The notes under the pieces are model-generated. The model was not told the DNA's origin. It made no database searches and saw nothing but the letters and a program-made list of their open reading frames with translations. Made by a program: the position numbers and the translations under genes. From the NCBI RefSeq assembly GCF_039940735.1, contig NZ_JBDVGB010000054.1, forward strand, positions 380 to 64,379: a stretch of DNA of 64,000 nucleotides. The letters run 5' to 3'. This document shows, piece after piece, positions 27,171 through 37,161 of the stretch (position 1 is the stretch's first letter; every line of letters begins with the position of its first letter). Origin of the DNA: Tateyamaria sp. GTDB lineage: Bacteria > Pseudomonadota > Alphaproteobacteria > Rhodobacterales > Rhodobacteraceae.

Positions 27171-28927
27171 AACAGAAAATACCGCTGCGCCATCGGCAAC
27201 ACTTCGGCGGGCTCGCAGGTCAACAACTCGCCATCCGCGCGCACTTCGTAGGTCTCGGGATGCACTTCGACATGGGGCGTCGCGTCGTTCAGCTTCAAAT
27301 CCTTTTTGCCGATCTTGCGCGTGTTGCGCACAGCCACAGTATCTTTGTGCAGGCCCAATGTCGCGCCAATCCCTTCGGACTGCGCAGCCTCTGACACAAA
27401 CGTCACGGCAGAGCGTTCGACTGACCGCCCATAGGCCCCGAACATGGGGCGCGAATACACCGGTTGCGGCGTTGGGATCGACGCATTTGGGTCGCCCATT
27501 TGCGCGCAGGCGATAGTGCCACCAAGCAGAACCATTTCAGGCTTCACGCCAAAGAACGCAGGATTCCACAGCACCAGATCGGCGCGTTTGCCCGGCTCAA
27601 TGGACCCAATTTCGTGGGAAAGACCATGCGCAATCGCCGGGTTGATCGTGTATTTCGCGATGTAACGGCGTACGCGGAAATTGTCGTTGTCGCCAGTTTC
27701 TTCGGGCAAACGCCCGCGCTGTTTCTTCATCTTATCAGCGGTTTGCCAGGTGCGGATCAGCACTTCGCCGACACGGCCCATGGCTTGGCTGTCGCTCGCG
27801 ATGATCGAAAATGCGCCCATGTCGTGCAGGATATCTTCGGCCGCAATCGTCTCGCGCCGGATGCGGCTTTCTGCAAATGCCACGTCCTCGGGGATGGATT
27901 TATCAAGGTGGTGACAGACCATCAGCATGTCGAGGTGTTCTTCGAGTGTGTTGACCGTAAAGGGGCGCGTGGGGTTGGTGGAGGAGGGCAACACGTGCTC
28001 TTCGCCGCAGATTTTGATGATGTCGGGGGCATGGCCGCCACCCGCACCTTCGGTGTGAAAGGCGTGGATGGTGCGCCCCTTCATGGCGGCCACTGTGTTT
28101 TCGACAAAGCCGGATTCGTTCAAAGTGTCGGTGTGGATCATCACCTGCACGTCCAAGTCGTCGGCCACCGACAGGCAGCAATCGATGGCGGCGGGGGTGG
28201 TGCCCCAGTCTTCGTGCAGCTTCAAAGCGCACGCGCCGCCTTTGATCTGTTCCTCAAGTGCTGCAGGCAGGGACGCGTTGCCCTTGCCCGCAAAGGCAAG
28301 GTTCATCGGGAAGGCGTCGGCGGCTTGCAACATGCGGCCCAAATGCCAAGGGCCGGGGGTGACGGTGGTGGCCAATGTGCCGTGCGCGGGGCCCGTGCCG
28401 CCGCCCAGCATGGTGGTTAGGCCAGAATGCAACGCGTCCTCGATTTGTTGCGGGCAGATGAAATGGATGTGGCTGTCAAACCCACCGGCTGTCAGGATAC
28501 GCCCTTCGCCCGCGATCACTTCGGTGCCGGGGCCGATGATGATGCTAACGCCGGGCTGAGTGTCGGGGTTGCCCGCCTTGCCAACGGCAGCAATGCGCCC
28601 GTCCTTGAGGCCCACGTCCGCCTTGATGATGCCCGTCCAGTCGACGATCAGCGCGTTGGTGATGACGGTGTCGACGGCCCCCGCGGCGCGTGTCACTTGG
28701 CTTTGGCCCATGCCGTCGCGGATGACTTTGCCGCCGCCAAACTTGACCTCTTCGCCATATAGCATCGCGTTGTCGCCCGTTCCCCCGGTCGAGGCCGCAC
28801 CTGCTGCTTCGGCGGTCAGGTCACGCTCGACTTCGATAAACAGTTCGGTGTCGGCAAGGCGCACCTTGTCGCCCACAGTGGGGCCAAACATGGCGGCATA
28901 ATCGCGGCGGGAGATGGATGTGGGCAT
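27167..28927 (-). CDS. ureC: Urease subunit alpha
   Basis: [44 protein letters not shown] and SDSQAMGR. The start is set at MPTSISR. Confidence 0.98.
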   Translation of the reverse strand: MPTSISRRDYAAMFGPTVGDKVRLADTELFIEVERDLTAEAAGAASTGGTGDNAMLYGEEVKFGGGKVIRDGMGQSQVTRAAGAVDTVITNALIVDWTGIIKADVGLKDGRIAAVGKAGNPDTQPGVSIIIGPGTEVIAGEGRILTAGGFDSHIHFICPQQIEDALHSGLTTMLGGGTGPAHGTLATTVTPGPWHLGRMLQAADAFPMNLAFAGKGNASLPAALEEQIKGGACALKLHEDWGTTPAAIDCCLSVADDLDVQVMIHTDTLNESGFVENTVAAMKGRTIHAFHTEGAGGGHAPDIIKICGEEHVLPSSTNPTRPFTVNTLEEHLDMLMVCHHLDKSIPEDVAFAESRIRRETIAAEDILHDMGAFSIIASDSQAMGRVGEVLIRTWQTADKMKKQRGRLPEETGDNDNFRVRRYIAKYTINPAIAHGLSHEIGSIEPGKRADLVLWNPAFFGVKPEMVLLGGTIACAQMGDPNASIPTPQPVYSRPMFGAYGRSVERSAVTFVSEAAQSEGIGATLGLHKDTVAVRNTRKIGKKDLKLNDATPHVEVHPETYEVRADGELLTCEPAEVLPMAQRYFLF

Positions 28928-28929
28928 AA

Positions 28930-29221
28930 GTGTTACAGTTCCTTCACATTTTCGTGATACTCTACCAAAGTGAGCTCTGAAAAGTTGTTTAATTTCAAAG
29001 ATGCGCAACGGACGCGCTCAGAATTTACCGCTTTATAAATTCACTTTTCGTCTTATTGGAAAGGACGTCTTGCCGGAGGAATTCGGCTTCTCAACAAGAG
29101 GCATCACATGTCGAGCACTGCATTCTGGCTTCAAGCCATCGCTTATACCATTTTTTTGATAGTCATTCTCGGCCAGTATCGGGGATGGTTCTGACTTATT
29201 TTTCCATGCAATCACCATCAC
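28930..29221 (-). pseudogene. Possible decayed AT-rich small gene between the AhpD-like gene and ureC
   Basis: The GTG start overlaps the upstream TGA. The 62-aa ORF is followed by short protein-like segments in other frames, and there is an A7 run. Confidence 0.3.
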
Positions 29222-29613
29222 ACTAAAAACGCCTCATCTACAGGCACCTGCATCGCCGTCACCAACCCATTGGTCTGCATGGCCATGCCGATCACACTCA
29301 TTAGCTCTCCGTGTTGCTCGGGCGTCATGCCTTTGGCCTTTGCGCCAGCCGTATGGGAATGCGCGCAATACGAACACCCGTTGGCCACGGACACGGCGAT
29401 ATAGATCATCTCTTTGACCAATGGGTCCAAATCGCCGGGCCCCATCACGACCTTTAAGCGATCCCACGTCGCCTTGAGCAGCGCGGGGTCATTGGCCAAA
29501 GCGCGCCAGAAATTGTTGATAAAGTCCGTGCCGCGCGTGGCCCGGATATCGGCGTAAACGGCCAGCACCTCTGCGCTGGCCGCTTCGTCACTTATGAGGG
29601 GTACAGTTCCCAT
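29218..29613 (-). CDS. Carboxymuconolactone decarboxylase / AhpD-like protein
   Basis: LDPLVKEMIYIAVSVANGCSYCAHSH, containing a CxxC motif. Confidence 0.88.
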   Translation of the reverse strand: MGTVPLISDEAASAEVLAVYADIRATRGTDFINNFWRALANDPALLKATWDRLKVVMGPGDLDPLVKEMIYIAVSVANGCSYCAHSHTAGAKAKGMTPEQHGELMSVIGMAMQTNGLVTAMQVPVDEAFLV

Positions 29614-30438
29614 TCAGACCATCGCAAAGATACGCGCAGGACCGCCCGTACCACCCACATGGTTTGGTGCGCCAACAACCAGCGTGGCCCCGGCCGCCGG
29701 CACTTGGTCAAGCCCGGCTAGGTTTTCGATGCCATAACGTCCGGCAGGCAACCACGCATAATGGGTCGCGAAATCTGGCGATGGGCCATGATCCAGCGAC
29801 AGCGTATCCACTGCCATTGCGGCGGCGGTGGTTTCCTCTAGCAACATTTGCGTGGCCTCAACATGGAAACCGGGGAAGTGTTTGACGTTGTCCGCATCGT
29901 TGCCAACATAGGCCGCCGCATCGCCAGATTTGGCCGCCCAGCCCGAATGCATTGCGATGCAGGCTTTGTCTGGGATGGCTCCATGGGCCGCGATCCACGC
30001 CTTAAGGTCATCAGGCGTCACTTGCGCGTCGGGGTTTCCTGCCGCTTTGGCCGCGATGTCGATCACGCAAAGCGGGATCACCAGATCGCTCACTGGAATC
30101 TCGTCCACAGAAGTGCCATCCGCGGAAAAGTGCAGCGGTGCATCGATATGGGTGGCCGTATGTTCATTGATGGTCAGATTGAGCAGGTTGAACCCATGTT
30201 CAGCAAAGTTGAACTGCTGTTCCGTGGAAATGCCGGGTACCCCAAAGAACGTTGGGAAATCAGGGCTCAGTTTGTGGGTCATGTCAAATACGCCAGCATG
30301 GCCCGCCGCCATCGCGGCAGGGGCCGACGCCACACCAATGGTCGCTGCCGCACCGGCAGCCACGGCAGTTGTCTTGAAAAAATCGCGACGGGAAAGCATC
30401 CGCTCTTTCACCGCGTTCATCACACATGCATCACACAT
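29614..30438 (-). CDS. Cyclase-family metal-dependent hydrolase (kynurenine formamidase / isatin hydrolase-like) with a Tat signal
   Basis: SRRDFFK twin-arginine signal, HTATHIDAPLHF metal motif, DTLSLD, H...GIENL and GGPARIFA. Confidence 0.88.
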   Translation of the reverse strand: MCDACVMNAVKERMLSRRDFFKTTAVAAGAAATIGVASAPAAMAAGHAGVFDMTHKLSPDFPTFFGVPGISTEQQFNFAEHGFNLLNLTINEHTATHIDAPLHFSADGTSVDEIPVSDLVIPLCVIDIAAKAAGNPDAQVTPDDLKAWIAAHGAIPDKACIAMHSGWAAKSGDAAAYVGNDADNVKHFPGFHVEATQMLLEETTAAAMAVDTLSLDHGPSPDFATHYAWLPAGRYGIENLAGLDQVPAAGATLVVGAPNHVGGTGGPARIFAMV

Positions 30439-30469
30439 CTTGTATTCCTCCCTTAGGTTTCGAATACAT

Positions 30470-30775
30470 TCAGAGTGGACCCATCACTTTTTTATTGAAA
30501 CCATAAATTGTGCGCGCACCACTTATGGCGATCAATTGTACGTCACGTTCTTGGCCGGGTTCAAAGCGCACAGCCGTGCCTGCCGCAATATCCAACCGCA
30601 TACCGCGCGCTGCATCGCGATCAAATTCCAGCGCGGCATTCGCCTCGCCAAAATGGTAATGAGACCCCACCTGAACAGGCCGATCCCCGGTATTGGCCAC
30701 ACGCAGGGTGATCGCTTGCGCATCCGAGTTCAGATTGATCGCGCCTTCGCCCGTTATCACTTCTCCTGGGATCAT
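30470..30775 (-). CDS. ureB: Urease subunit beta
   Basis: [20 protein letters not shown] and GTAVRFEPG. Confidence 0.97.
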   Translation of the reverse strand: MIPGEVITGEGAINLNSDAQAITLRVANTGDRPVQVGSHYHFGEANAALEFDRDAARGMRLDIAAGTAVRFEPGQERDVQLIAISGARTIYGFNKKVMGPL

Positions 30776-30815
30776 CGCGCATTCTCCTGCTTCATTGTTC
30801 TTAAAATACTCATCT

Positions 30816-31118
30816 TCAACGGATCGGATTGTGGACAGTCACCAGTTTGGTGCCATCCGGAAACGTCGCTTCGACCTGCACATCGTGGATCATCTCAGGC
30901 ACGCCCTCCATGCATTGATCGCGGGTGATGACCTGCGCGCCAGCCTCCATCATGTGGGCAACGGAATGGCCGTCGCGCGCGCCCTCAACCACAGCGTCGG
31001 TGATCAATGCAATCGCCTCGGGATGATTCAGCTTGACCCCACGGGCAAGGCGTTTGCGGGCCACTTCGGCAGCCACAGAAATCAGCAATTTGTCTTTTTC
31101 ACGCGGGGTAAGCTGCAT
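30816..31118 (-). CDS. ureA: Urease subunit gamma
   Basis: [18 protein letters not shown] and [17 protein letters not shown]. Confidence 0.97.
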   Translation of the reverse strand: MQLTPREKDKLLISVAAEVARKRLARGVKLNHPEAIALITDAVVEGARDGHSVAHMMEAGAQVITRDQCMEGVPEMIHDVQVEATFPDGTKLVTVHNPIR

Positions 31119-31120
31119 GT

Positions 31121-31963
31121 CTATAGTCTCCAGCACAGCGGCATTTCGCTGCTCGTCAAATGGTCAAGAATGGGCAAAAGATGCTTGCGCAAAGCATAGC
31201 CCGAAGGGGCCAACAGGCGCATCACCAAAACGTCCGTAGCCAATAGGCTGGCCCCGCCTGTGGTGGGCAGAAGGGCACGCAACGGGGCCAGGTGCGTCTC
31301 AGCGTCGGTGCCGGCATAGGTCAAAGATACCATGGCTGATGCACCACTTGCACAGGCCGCGCGCTGCATGTGGGCCGTGATGTCACCGCTCATCCGCCAA
31401 GCATCGCGCACCAATGGCGCGCCTTCACGGGTTATATCAATCCGGTCGGCCATGAGGCCCGACACAGTGTCTTCGCCCATGGCCAAACGACCCACACAAA
31501 GCGGTTCCACGATCAAGGCCCGCCCAGAGCCTTCGATGTCACAAGACAATCGTCGCTCAAACGCGCAGCCATCAAAGACCAGTGTTTCTTGGGGCAACCA
31601 CCATAAGGTCGCGCCATCTTGCACGTGTAAATTGGTCGAAACGCGGCCAATTTCGCCCGGTTGCGCACGATAGGCGCGCTCGCAGGCCTGCGTGGTCAAG
31701 GTCAGGTGCGTGCCTTCACCCGCTTGGGCAGTGTTGGTGAAACTGTCACCGCCCGTCACGCCGCCAGAGGTGTTCAGCAAAACCGCCGTCAGCCCGCGAT
31801 TGGCGCGTGGAAAAACGGCCTTGGCTGCACCTTGCTGGTAAAGATCACCCAGTACAGTGCGCGTGCCCAAGCGTTTGGTGGACAAGCGCACCACGCCAAC
31901 CGCGCGCGGCTGCTTTGCCGGCGCAGGTTGCATCTGGGTCAAAGGCATATGTGCGGTCATCAT
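31121..31963 (-). CDS. ureD: Urease accessory protein UreD
   Basis: [22 protein letters not shown] and LPQETL. Confidence 0.93.
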   Translation of the reverse strand: MMTAHMPLTQMQPAPAKQPRAVGVVRLSTKRLGTRTVLGDLYQQGAAKAVFPRANRGLTAVLLNTSGGVTGGDSFTNTAQAGEGTHLTLTTQACERAYRAQPGEIGRVSTNLHVQDGATLWWLPQETLVFDGCAFERRLSCDIEGSGRALIVEPLCVGRLAMGEDTVSGLMADRIDITREGAPLVRDAWRMSGDITAHMQRAACASGASAMVSLTYAGTDAETHLAPLRALLPTTGGASLLATDVLVMRLLAPSGYALRKHLLPILDHLTSSEMPLCWRL

Positions 31964-32054
31964 GTTTCGCTTACGGCAGGCTGACGCAATAAAAGCACTC
32001 TGGGCACCTAAGGGCCAGAGTTGACGGCCTTATGGGTAGTCTCAGTTTTGAAAG

Positions 32055-32071
32055 TGCTGAAAATTTAGGCG
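32055..32071. promoter_or_regulatory. Putative NtrC-like box upstream of ureD
   Basis: TGCTGAAAATTTAGGCG has GC-N11-GC spacing with an A/T core, about 90 nt upstream of ureD. It overlaps the cobF stop codon. Confidence 0.35.
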
Positions 32072-32799
32072 CGACGGCGCAATAAATAGGTATCCATGAT
32101 CCAACCATGGGCCGCACGCGCTTCGGCGCGACGTGCGATGATGCGCGCAGAGGCGTCGCTCAGGCGACCTGCCTCAAGGATTTGTTCAGGCATCCCCAGA
32201 TAGGCTCCCCACCAGATGTCAAAGTCGTCACCATCAAGGTTGTGAAAAGTGCAGTCCGCATCCAACATGACCACAAGCGTCTCGCACCCGTCTGGCCAGC
32301 CGTGGTCGCGCAAGCGCCGCCCGGTTGAAATCGTCACAGGTGCATTCAGGGTATTGAGCGGGATCGCATGGGCAGCCGTCAGGGCTTGGATCGACGTGAT
32401 GCCTGCGACCACATGCAAACGCGGCGACGGGTTTAGGCGCGCGGCAATGCGCAAAGTGCTATCGTAAAGCGACGGATCACCCCAAACGAGCAGCGCAATT
32501 TTTTGGGCCTCAGGGTGCGCGGCCATCGTTGCCGCCCAAATGCGAGCGATTTCATCGTGCCAAGCATCAACCCGCGTCAGATAGGGCAGGGTGTCATCGC
32601 GCACGGGCATATCAAACAGTGCGATAAGAGCATCATCGCGTACCTCGGCGATGATCCGAGTACGCAGGTCTGCCAAGTCAGATTTACCCGGTTTGTGGGG
32701 CACAAGGATCAGGTCAGCCTGTGTAATTGCGCGCCGCGCCTCACCGGTTAGGTGATCGGGGTTGCCAGTGCCAATGCCAATCAGATGCAGGTCAATCAT
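32065..32799 (-). CDS. cobF: Precorrin-6A synthase (deacetylating)
   Basis: LIGIGTGNPDHLT, LVWGDPSLYDS, WWGAYLG and GWIMDTYLLRR. Confidence 0.95.
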   Translation of the reverse strand: MIDLHLIGIGTGNPDHLTGEARRAITQADLILVPHKPGKSDLADLRTRIIAEVRDDALIALFDMPVRDDTLPYLTRVDAWHDEIARIWAATMAAHPEAQKIALLVWGDPSLYDSTLRIAARLNPSPRLHVVAGITSIQALTAAHAIPLNTLNAPVTISTGRRLRDHGWPDGCETLVVMLDADCTFHNLDGDDFDIWWGAYLGMPEQILEAGRLSDASARIIARRAEARAAHGWIMDTYLLRRRA

Positions 32800-32865
32800 G
32801 GGGGGCTTTCATGAAAAAGGGCCGCGCAGGTGGCGCAGCCCTTGGGATCGTTTCTAGGGTTCGGA

Positions 32866-33543
32866 TCAGGCTGCAGTGAACAAACGGTGCGTGAACAGGT
32901 TGCCCGTTTTCCAGTTACGCGCACCTTTGGCGGCAGCAAGGATCGCCAGATCAGCAAGGGGCTCGATCACGACGACAAAGGCATAGGCCGCCCCAAATGT
33001 CAGCACAGACTGAAGGTTGGCCGCACCAAAGCCTTGGCCGTAAATGGCCCAGAACGCGACCCAAGCAATGATGCCGCCTTGATAAACAGCGGACATTTTC
33101 AAAACCTGAGAATAGTCCAGATCCACATAGGCGCGTCCATCCGGCACAATGCGTTTGGCCAGCGTGTGCAAGGCAAACAGCGGGAACAACAGCGTGGTCA
33201 CGTTGACAAAGAACATGGGCAGATCGCTTGGGGCAAAAAAGGTGCCCTGAAGGAGCAGACCTAGGACAAGGCCAGCCGCAGCGGCCCCGGCGCCAAGCAG
33301 TAAGAACAGCGATGTGCCAAGGATAAAGTGGACCTCGGAAATACCAGCCGAGAAATGCGGCAACACTTCGAAGAACACAAAGGTGCCAACGGTAGCCAAG
33401 GCTGCGCGCAGCACAAAGGCAGGCACATTGGCGAATTTCAAATCATTGGCGGCCAGTTTCAGCGAATAGCCGGCGGCCGCAGCTGCGGACCCATAGGCAA
33501 ACACCATTTTTGCGCCATCTACGACGCCCGGTTCGATATGCAT
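32866..33543 (-). CDS. cbiM: CbiM-like energy-coupling-factor cobalt transporter membrane component
   Basis: The N-terminus MHIEPG has the metal-binding Met-His start, and GISEVHFILG follows. It lies directly downstream of a B12 riboswitch. Confidence 0.8.
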   Translation of the reverse strand: MHIEPGVVDGAKMVFAYGSAAAAAGYSLKLAANDLKFANVPAFVLRAALATVGTFVFFEVLPHFSAGISEVHFILGTSLFLLLGAGAAAAGLVLGLLLQGTFFAPSDLPMFFVNVTTLLFPLFALHTLAKRIVPDGRAYVDLDYSQVLKMSAVYQGGIIAWVAFWAIYGQGFGAANLQSVLTFGAAYAFVVVIEPLADLAILAAAKGARNWKTGNLFTHRLFTAA

Positions 33544-33604
33544 TTTTCTCTCTCCTCGCCACCCACCCGGCAGCATGTTGACCGGTTGCCCGGCGTGTTT
33601 CGTT

Positions 33605-33775
33605 TTGATGGCAGGTCTCCTGACTTCCGGGTCGCTGCGGGGCCGAACCTTCCCGACCTTTTTCAAGGCCAGTGGTGTGTGCCGGGCCACTCTCCGGTTA
33701 CAGTTGCGGGGGCAGTCCGGGCGTTGAACCCGGTTCCCTTTTCAGACCTCTAACGAGGTCACCATCGCTGCCACG
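33605..33775 (-). promoter_or_regulatory. Cobalamin riboswitch upstream of cbiM-cobF
   Basis: The minus strand reads ATGGT...GAAAAGGGAACCGGG...GACTGCCCCCGCAACTGTAA...CCACTGG...GGGAAGG...GTCAGGAGACCTGCCATC. Confidence 0.93.
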
Positions 33776-33955
33776 TTTACATTGATTCCGCAGCCCGACA
33801 AGTCTGTTCGCGGCATTTTGGGATGCTGTTTTGCCAAGGACGCGTCATCACGCACCTTGCGTGTGTTTGGATGTGTCTGATTTTGCATATTTTTGGAACA
33901 ATGAAGCGAAAGGATAACGCTCCATTTCATTGTTCATCAAATATGCAAATGCGGA

Positions 33956-34675
33956 TCAAGACTCCGCAAGCGCACCGTAAAGGATCAACGCAGGCGCGTC
34001 GCTTATACTTGTTTCCAGTTTTGCGGCGAGTTCTGCAATATTCATGCGGTGCAAGGCCTGCGCGGGCGTACTGACACCCTCGGCCAGTAAGGCGGGCGTG
34101 TCGCCCGCCAACCCGGCGTCCATCAGCATTTTGGCGAAAGCCGGAAAAGTGCGTTGCCCCATGAACACTACTGTGGTGGCTTGGGCATCTGCGAGTGCCG
34201 CGAGGTTTAGATCATCGGGCAGTGCACCGCGCACGTCGTGGCCAGTTACGAATTGTACGCGCCGTGCTGTCAGTCGTCGTGTAAGTGGGATGCCTGCGGC
34301 GGCGGCGGCGGCACAAGCCGAGGGTACACCGGGGATGATTTCGTAAGCGATATCAGCTGCTTTAAGCGCATCTATTTCCTCTTCGAGCCGACCAAACGTA
34401 CCGCCATCGCCCGACTTCAACCGTACGACGCGCCCGCCGGTGCGTGCATAGTCTACAAGTAATTGGCTAACGTGGTTTTGTTTTGGCGAAGGACGTCCTG
34501 CGCGTTTGCCAACTCCGACAAGATCAGCGCCGTTGCGGGCATGGGTCAGGATGGGGCCCGAACTCAGGTCATCAAACAGCACTGCATCCGCGTGTTTTAA
34601 GCGATCGACGGCTTTGAGCGTCAGCAGTTCTGGATCACCGGGGCCTGAACCGACAAAACTGACAAATCCGCTCAT
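33956..34675 (-). CDS. cobA: Uroporphyrinogen-III C-methyltransferase (SUMT)
   Basis: VGSGPGDPELLT, VGKRAG, RLKSGDG..FGR and IPGVPSA. Confidence 0.93.
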   Translation of the reverse strand: MSGFVSFVGSGPGDPELLTLKAVDRLKHADAVLFDDLSSGPILTHARNGADLVGVGKRAGRPSPKQNHVSQLLVDYARTGGRVVRLKSGDGGTFGRLEEEIDALKAADIAYEIIPGVPSACAAAAAAGIPLTRRLTARRVQFVTGHDVRGALPDDLNLAALADAQATTVVFMGQRTFPAFAKMLMDAGLAGDTPALLAEGVSTPAQALHRMNIAELAAKLETSISDAPALILYGALAES

Positions 34676-35988
34676 GGGGTTTCACCTGTGATCAGGTGGA
34701 AAAAGGTGCCCGTGACGTGGTTTTTTCGTGAGCCCGTTTCCGGCACAGGGTTGCCATCAGCGTCAAACACATTCGCCAACGGGGCATCAGGTTCGTCCAA
34801 AATGGTCGAGTAATGGAATTCGTGACCACGCAGAGCGGCACCTGTGTCAAATCCGGGCAGGGGGGCTTGCAGCACAGCCCGGCGATAGCCGAGGTGGAAT
34901 TTGCGTTTTTCATAGCTGGTCACGAGGTTAAGCAGCCCAGCCATTTCGTGGCGAACGCCTTCTTTGTCAATCAAGGAGGCACCAAGTGCCATGTAGCCTC
35001 CGCATTCGCCGTGCACAGGTTTTGTTTCAGCAAATACACGCAGGCCGGATTTGAAGGTCTGCGCTGCGGCCAGCGCGCCGCCGTGCAATTCGGGGTAGCC
35101 TCCGGGGAGCCATGCTAGATCGGCGCTTGGATCGGGAGCCTGATCTGCAAGCGGTGAGAAGGGTAGAATTTCAGCGCCCGCAGCGCGCCAGCCTTCCAGA
35201 AGGTGAGGATATGTAAAAGAAAATGCCGCATCGCGGGCCAATGCAATCCGCTGGGCGGGGGGTGTTGGCAGTGGGGCGGGAGCCATCGTGGCCCCTGCAC
35301 GAGCGGCCTGTTTCAGGGCGTCTAGGTTCACGTTTTCGCGTAGGAATTCGGCGTATCCAGAAATTGCTGCCTCTAAGTCGGGGTGTTCTACGGCTTGGAT
35401 TAAACCAAGGTGACGTTCCGGCAGTTTGAGGTCGCCGCGTCTTGGCAATGCGCCCAGAACTTTGACCCCTGCGCGTTCCATGCCCAAACGGGTCAGCCGT
35501 TCGTGGCGCGGGCTGGCGACACGGTTCAGGATCACACCTGCAAAGGGCAGATCGGGGTTGTACATTTTGAATCCCAGCGCCGTGGCCGCCGCCGATTGTG
35601 CCTGCCCGCCAACGTCGATCACCAGCACCACGGGCCAACCCATTTTCAGGGCCGTTTCTGCGCTGGAGCCAAACCCGGATTGTCCACGTGTGGCGACGCC
35701 GTCGAACAGGCCCATCGACCCTTCGCCCACACAGATATCTGCGCCATTTTGTTGTGCCGCGATGCCGCCCAACAGCGCTTCGTCCATCGCCCATGTGTCA
35801 AAGTTGAACGACGGGCGTCCGGCGGCGGCAAGGTGAAAGGCCGGGTCGATATAATCGGGGCCGGATTTGTAGGGTTGCACGGTCAACCCATCGTCGCGCA
35901 AAGCGCGCAGCAGGCCCAGCATCACCGTGGTTTTACCAGTGCCCGACGCGGGGGCCGAAATCATAAGTCCGGGAGGATTAGTCATCAT
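34672..35988 (-). CDS. cobB: Hydrogenobyrinate / cobyrinate a,c-diamide synthase
   Basis: [41 protein letters not shown] and HEFHYS. Confidence 0.95.
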   Translation of the reverse strand: MMTNPPGLMISAPASGTGKTTVMLGLLRALRDDGLTVQPYKSGPDYIDPAFHLAAAGRPSFNFDTWAMDEALLGGIAAQQNGADICVGEGSMGLFDGVATRGQSGFGSSAETALKMGWPVVLVIDVGGQAQSAAATALGFKMYNPDLPFAGVILNRVASPRHERLTRLGMERAGVKVLGALPRRGDLKLPERHLGLIQAVEHPDLEAAISGYAEFLRENVNLDALKQAARAGATMAPAPLPTPPAQRIALARDAAFSFTYPHLLEGWRAAGAEILPFSPLADQAPDPSADLAWLPGGYPELHGGALAAAQTFKSGLRVFAETKPVHGECGGYMALGASLIDKEGVRHEMAGLLNLVTSYEKRKFHLGYRRAVLQAPLPGFDTGAALRGHEFHYSTILDEPDAPLANVFDADGNPVPETGSRKNHVTGTFFHLITGETP

Positions 35989-36772
35989 TATGGCTCCAAC
36001 TGGCCCAAGGGCTGTCTGCACTTTGTGGCCGGTAGCGGCGGTCGTAATCGGTTGAATAGAGGCAACTTTCGTCGAAATCTGTCGCTTCAATGGCGTGCCC
36101 GACAAGGATGAGCGCCGTGCGCGAGATATCTTCGCTCATTGCGTCCTTGAGTGTGGCAAGCGTCGCGCGGATGATACGTTGATCAGGCCAACTGGCGCGG
36201 TACACAACCGCGACGGGGCAATCGGCACCATAGGCGGGCGACAGGTCGGTGATCACCTGATCAAGGTTGCCAATCGAAAGGTGGATCGCCAGCGTGGCGC
36301 CAGTGGCGGCAAAGTTGGTCAGCGTTTCGCCTGCAGGCATCGACGACGCACGGCCGGGGGTGCGTGTTAGCACCACAGATTGCGCAACGCCGGGCAGGGT
36401 CAATTCGGCCCCCAAGGCCGCGGCGGCCGCGCTGAACGACGGCACGCCGGGCGTGACCGTAAAGGGGATGCCGGCGGATTTCAGGCGTCGCAATTGTTCG
36501 CCCATGGCCGACCAAACCGATAGATCGCCCGAATGCAGGCGCACGATGTCTTGGCCCTTGGTGTGGGCTGCGTTGATTTCTTCCATGATCTGATCAAGGT
36601 CCATGGCGGCGGTATTGACCACGCGTGCATCAGGTGGACAGTGCCCCAAGATCGCCTCTGGCACCAATGATCCGGCATACAGGCAAACGGGGCTGGCGGC
36701 GATCAGGTCGCGCCCGCGCAGGGTCAACAAGTCAGGCGCGCCGGGGCCTGCGCCGATAAAGTGAACGGTCAT
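35978..36772 (-). CDS. cobM: Precorrin-4 C11-methyltransferase
   Basis: [28 protein letters not shown] and TPGVPSF. Confidence 0.96.
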   Translation of the reverse strand: MTVHFIGAGPGAPDLLTLRGRDLIAASPVCLYAGSLVPEAILGHCPPDARVVNTAAMDLDQIMEEINAAHTKGQDIVRLHSGDLSVWSAMGEQLRRLKSAGIPFTVTPGVPSFSAAAAALGAELTLPGVAQSVVLTRTPGRASSMPAGETLTNFAATGATLAIHLSIGNLDQVITDLSPAYGADCPVAVVYRASWPDQRIIRATLATLKDAMSEDISRTALILVGHAIEATDFDESCLYSTDYDRRYRPQSADSPWASWSHNDD

Positions 36773-37161
36773 GCGTCGGCTCCTTTGGCGATGGCGCAGG
36801 TGGCCATGCGGTCGTTTGAAATTTGGCGGGTAACAATCAGGGTTGAGCCTGGGCCCGCGGCGGCAAGGGCGGCGGCTTCGGCCACTGACCCGGTGCGGCG
36901 CATGAGGCGGCTGAGGAACGATTGCGTTTTGGTTTCGGCAGCTTCCAGCGCATTGCGCGTGACGGCGTTGGCGATCAGACGCTGTGCGCGGCCAAAATCA
37001 AGGAAGGCAGGTTGCAGCGCTTTGTCTGATGGAGTTGCTAGCAAGTCAATTTTATCTTTGTAACCCGTGGCCTTTAACGCTTGTGCGAAGCTTTCAGGGG
37101 TCGCGTTGCTGGTGAAACCAAATCCGGCGACAACGATTTGTTTGGGCGTTTGATCGTTCAT
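36769..37161 (-). CDS. cobE: Cobalamin biosynthesis protein CobE (CbiG C-terminal-like)
   Basis: VAGFGF, T.S..S...[10 protein letters not shown] and ATCAIA. ATGA overlaps at both ends. Confidence 0.85.
   Translation of the reverse strand: MNDQTPKQIVVAGFGFTSNATPESFAQALKATGYKDKIDLLATPSDKALQPAFLDFGRAQRLIANAVTRNALEAAETKTQSFLSRLMRRTGSVAEAAALAAAGPGSTLIVTRQISNDRMATCAIAKGADA

Noticed and set aside
27464-28420. 318-aa ORF antisense to ureC; similar long shadow ORFs lie opposite glyA (53248-54444), cobW (45463-46674) and the cyclase gene (29930-30928)
   Set aside because: They lie entirely opposite well-supported genes and have no recognisable motifs. Such ORFs are expected from codon bias in GC-rich DNA.
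28928-29008. Longer upstream starts in the ORF track for ureC (and for cobQ, cobW, cobB, cobI, cobJ, cobG, cobL, cobE, cbiM, nadK)
   Set aside because: The family N-termini, RBS positions and ATGA coupling support the shorter starts used here.
32001-32020. Sigma-54 promoter upstream of ureD (TGGCCCTTAGGTGC, minus strand)
   Set aside because: The GG-to-GC spacing is 9 nt rather than the required 10.
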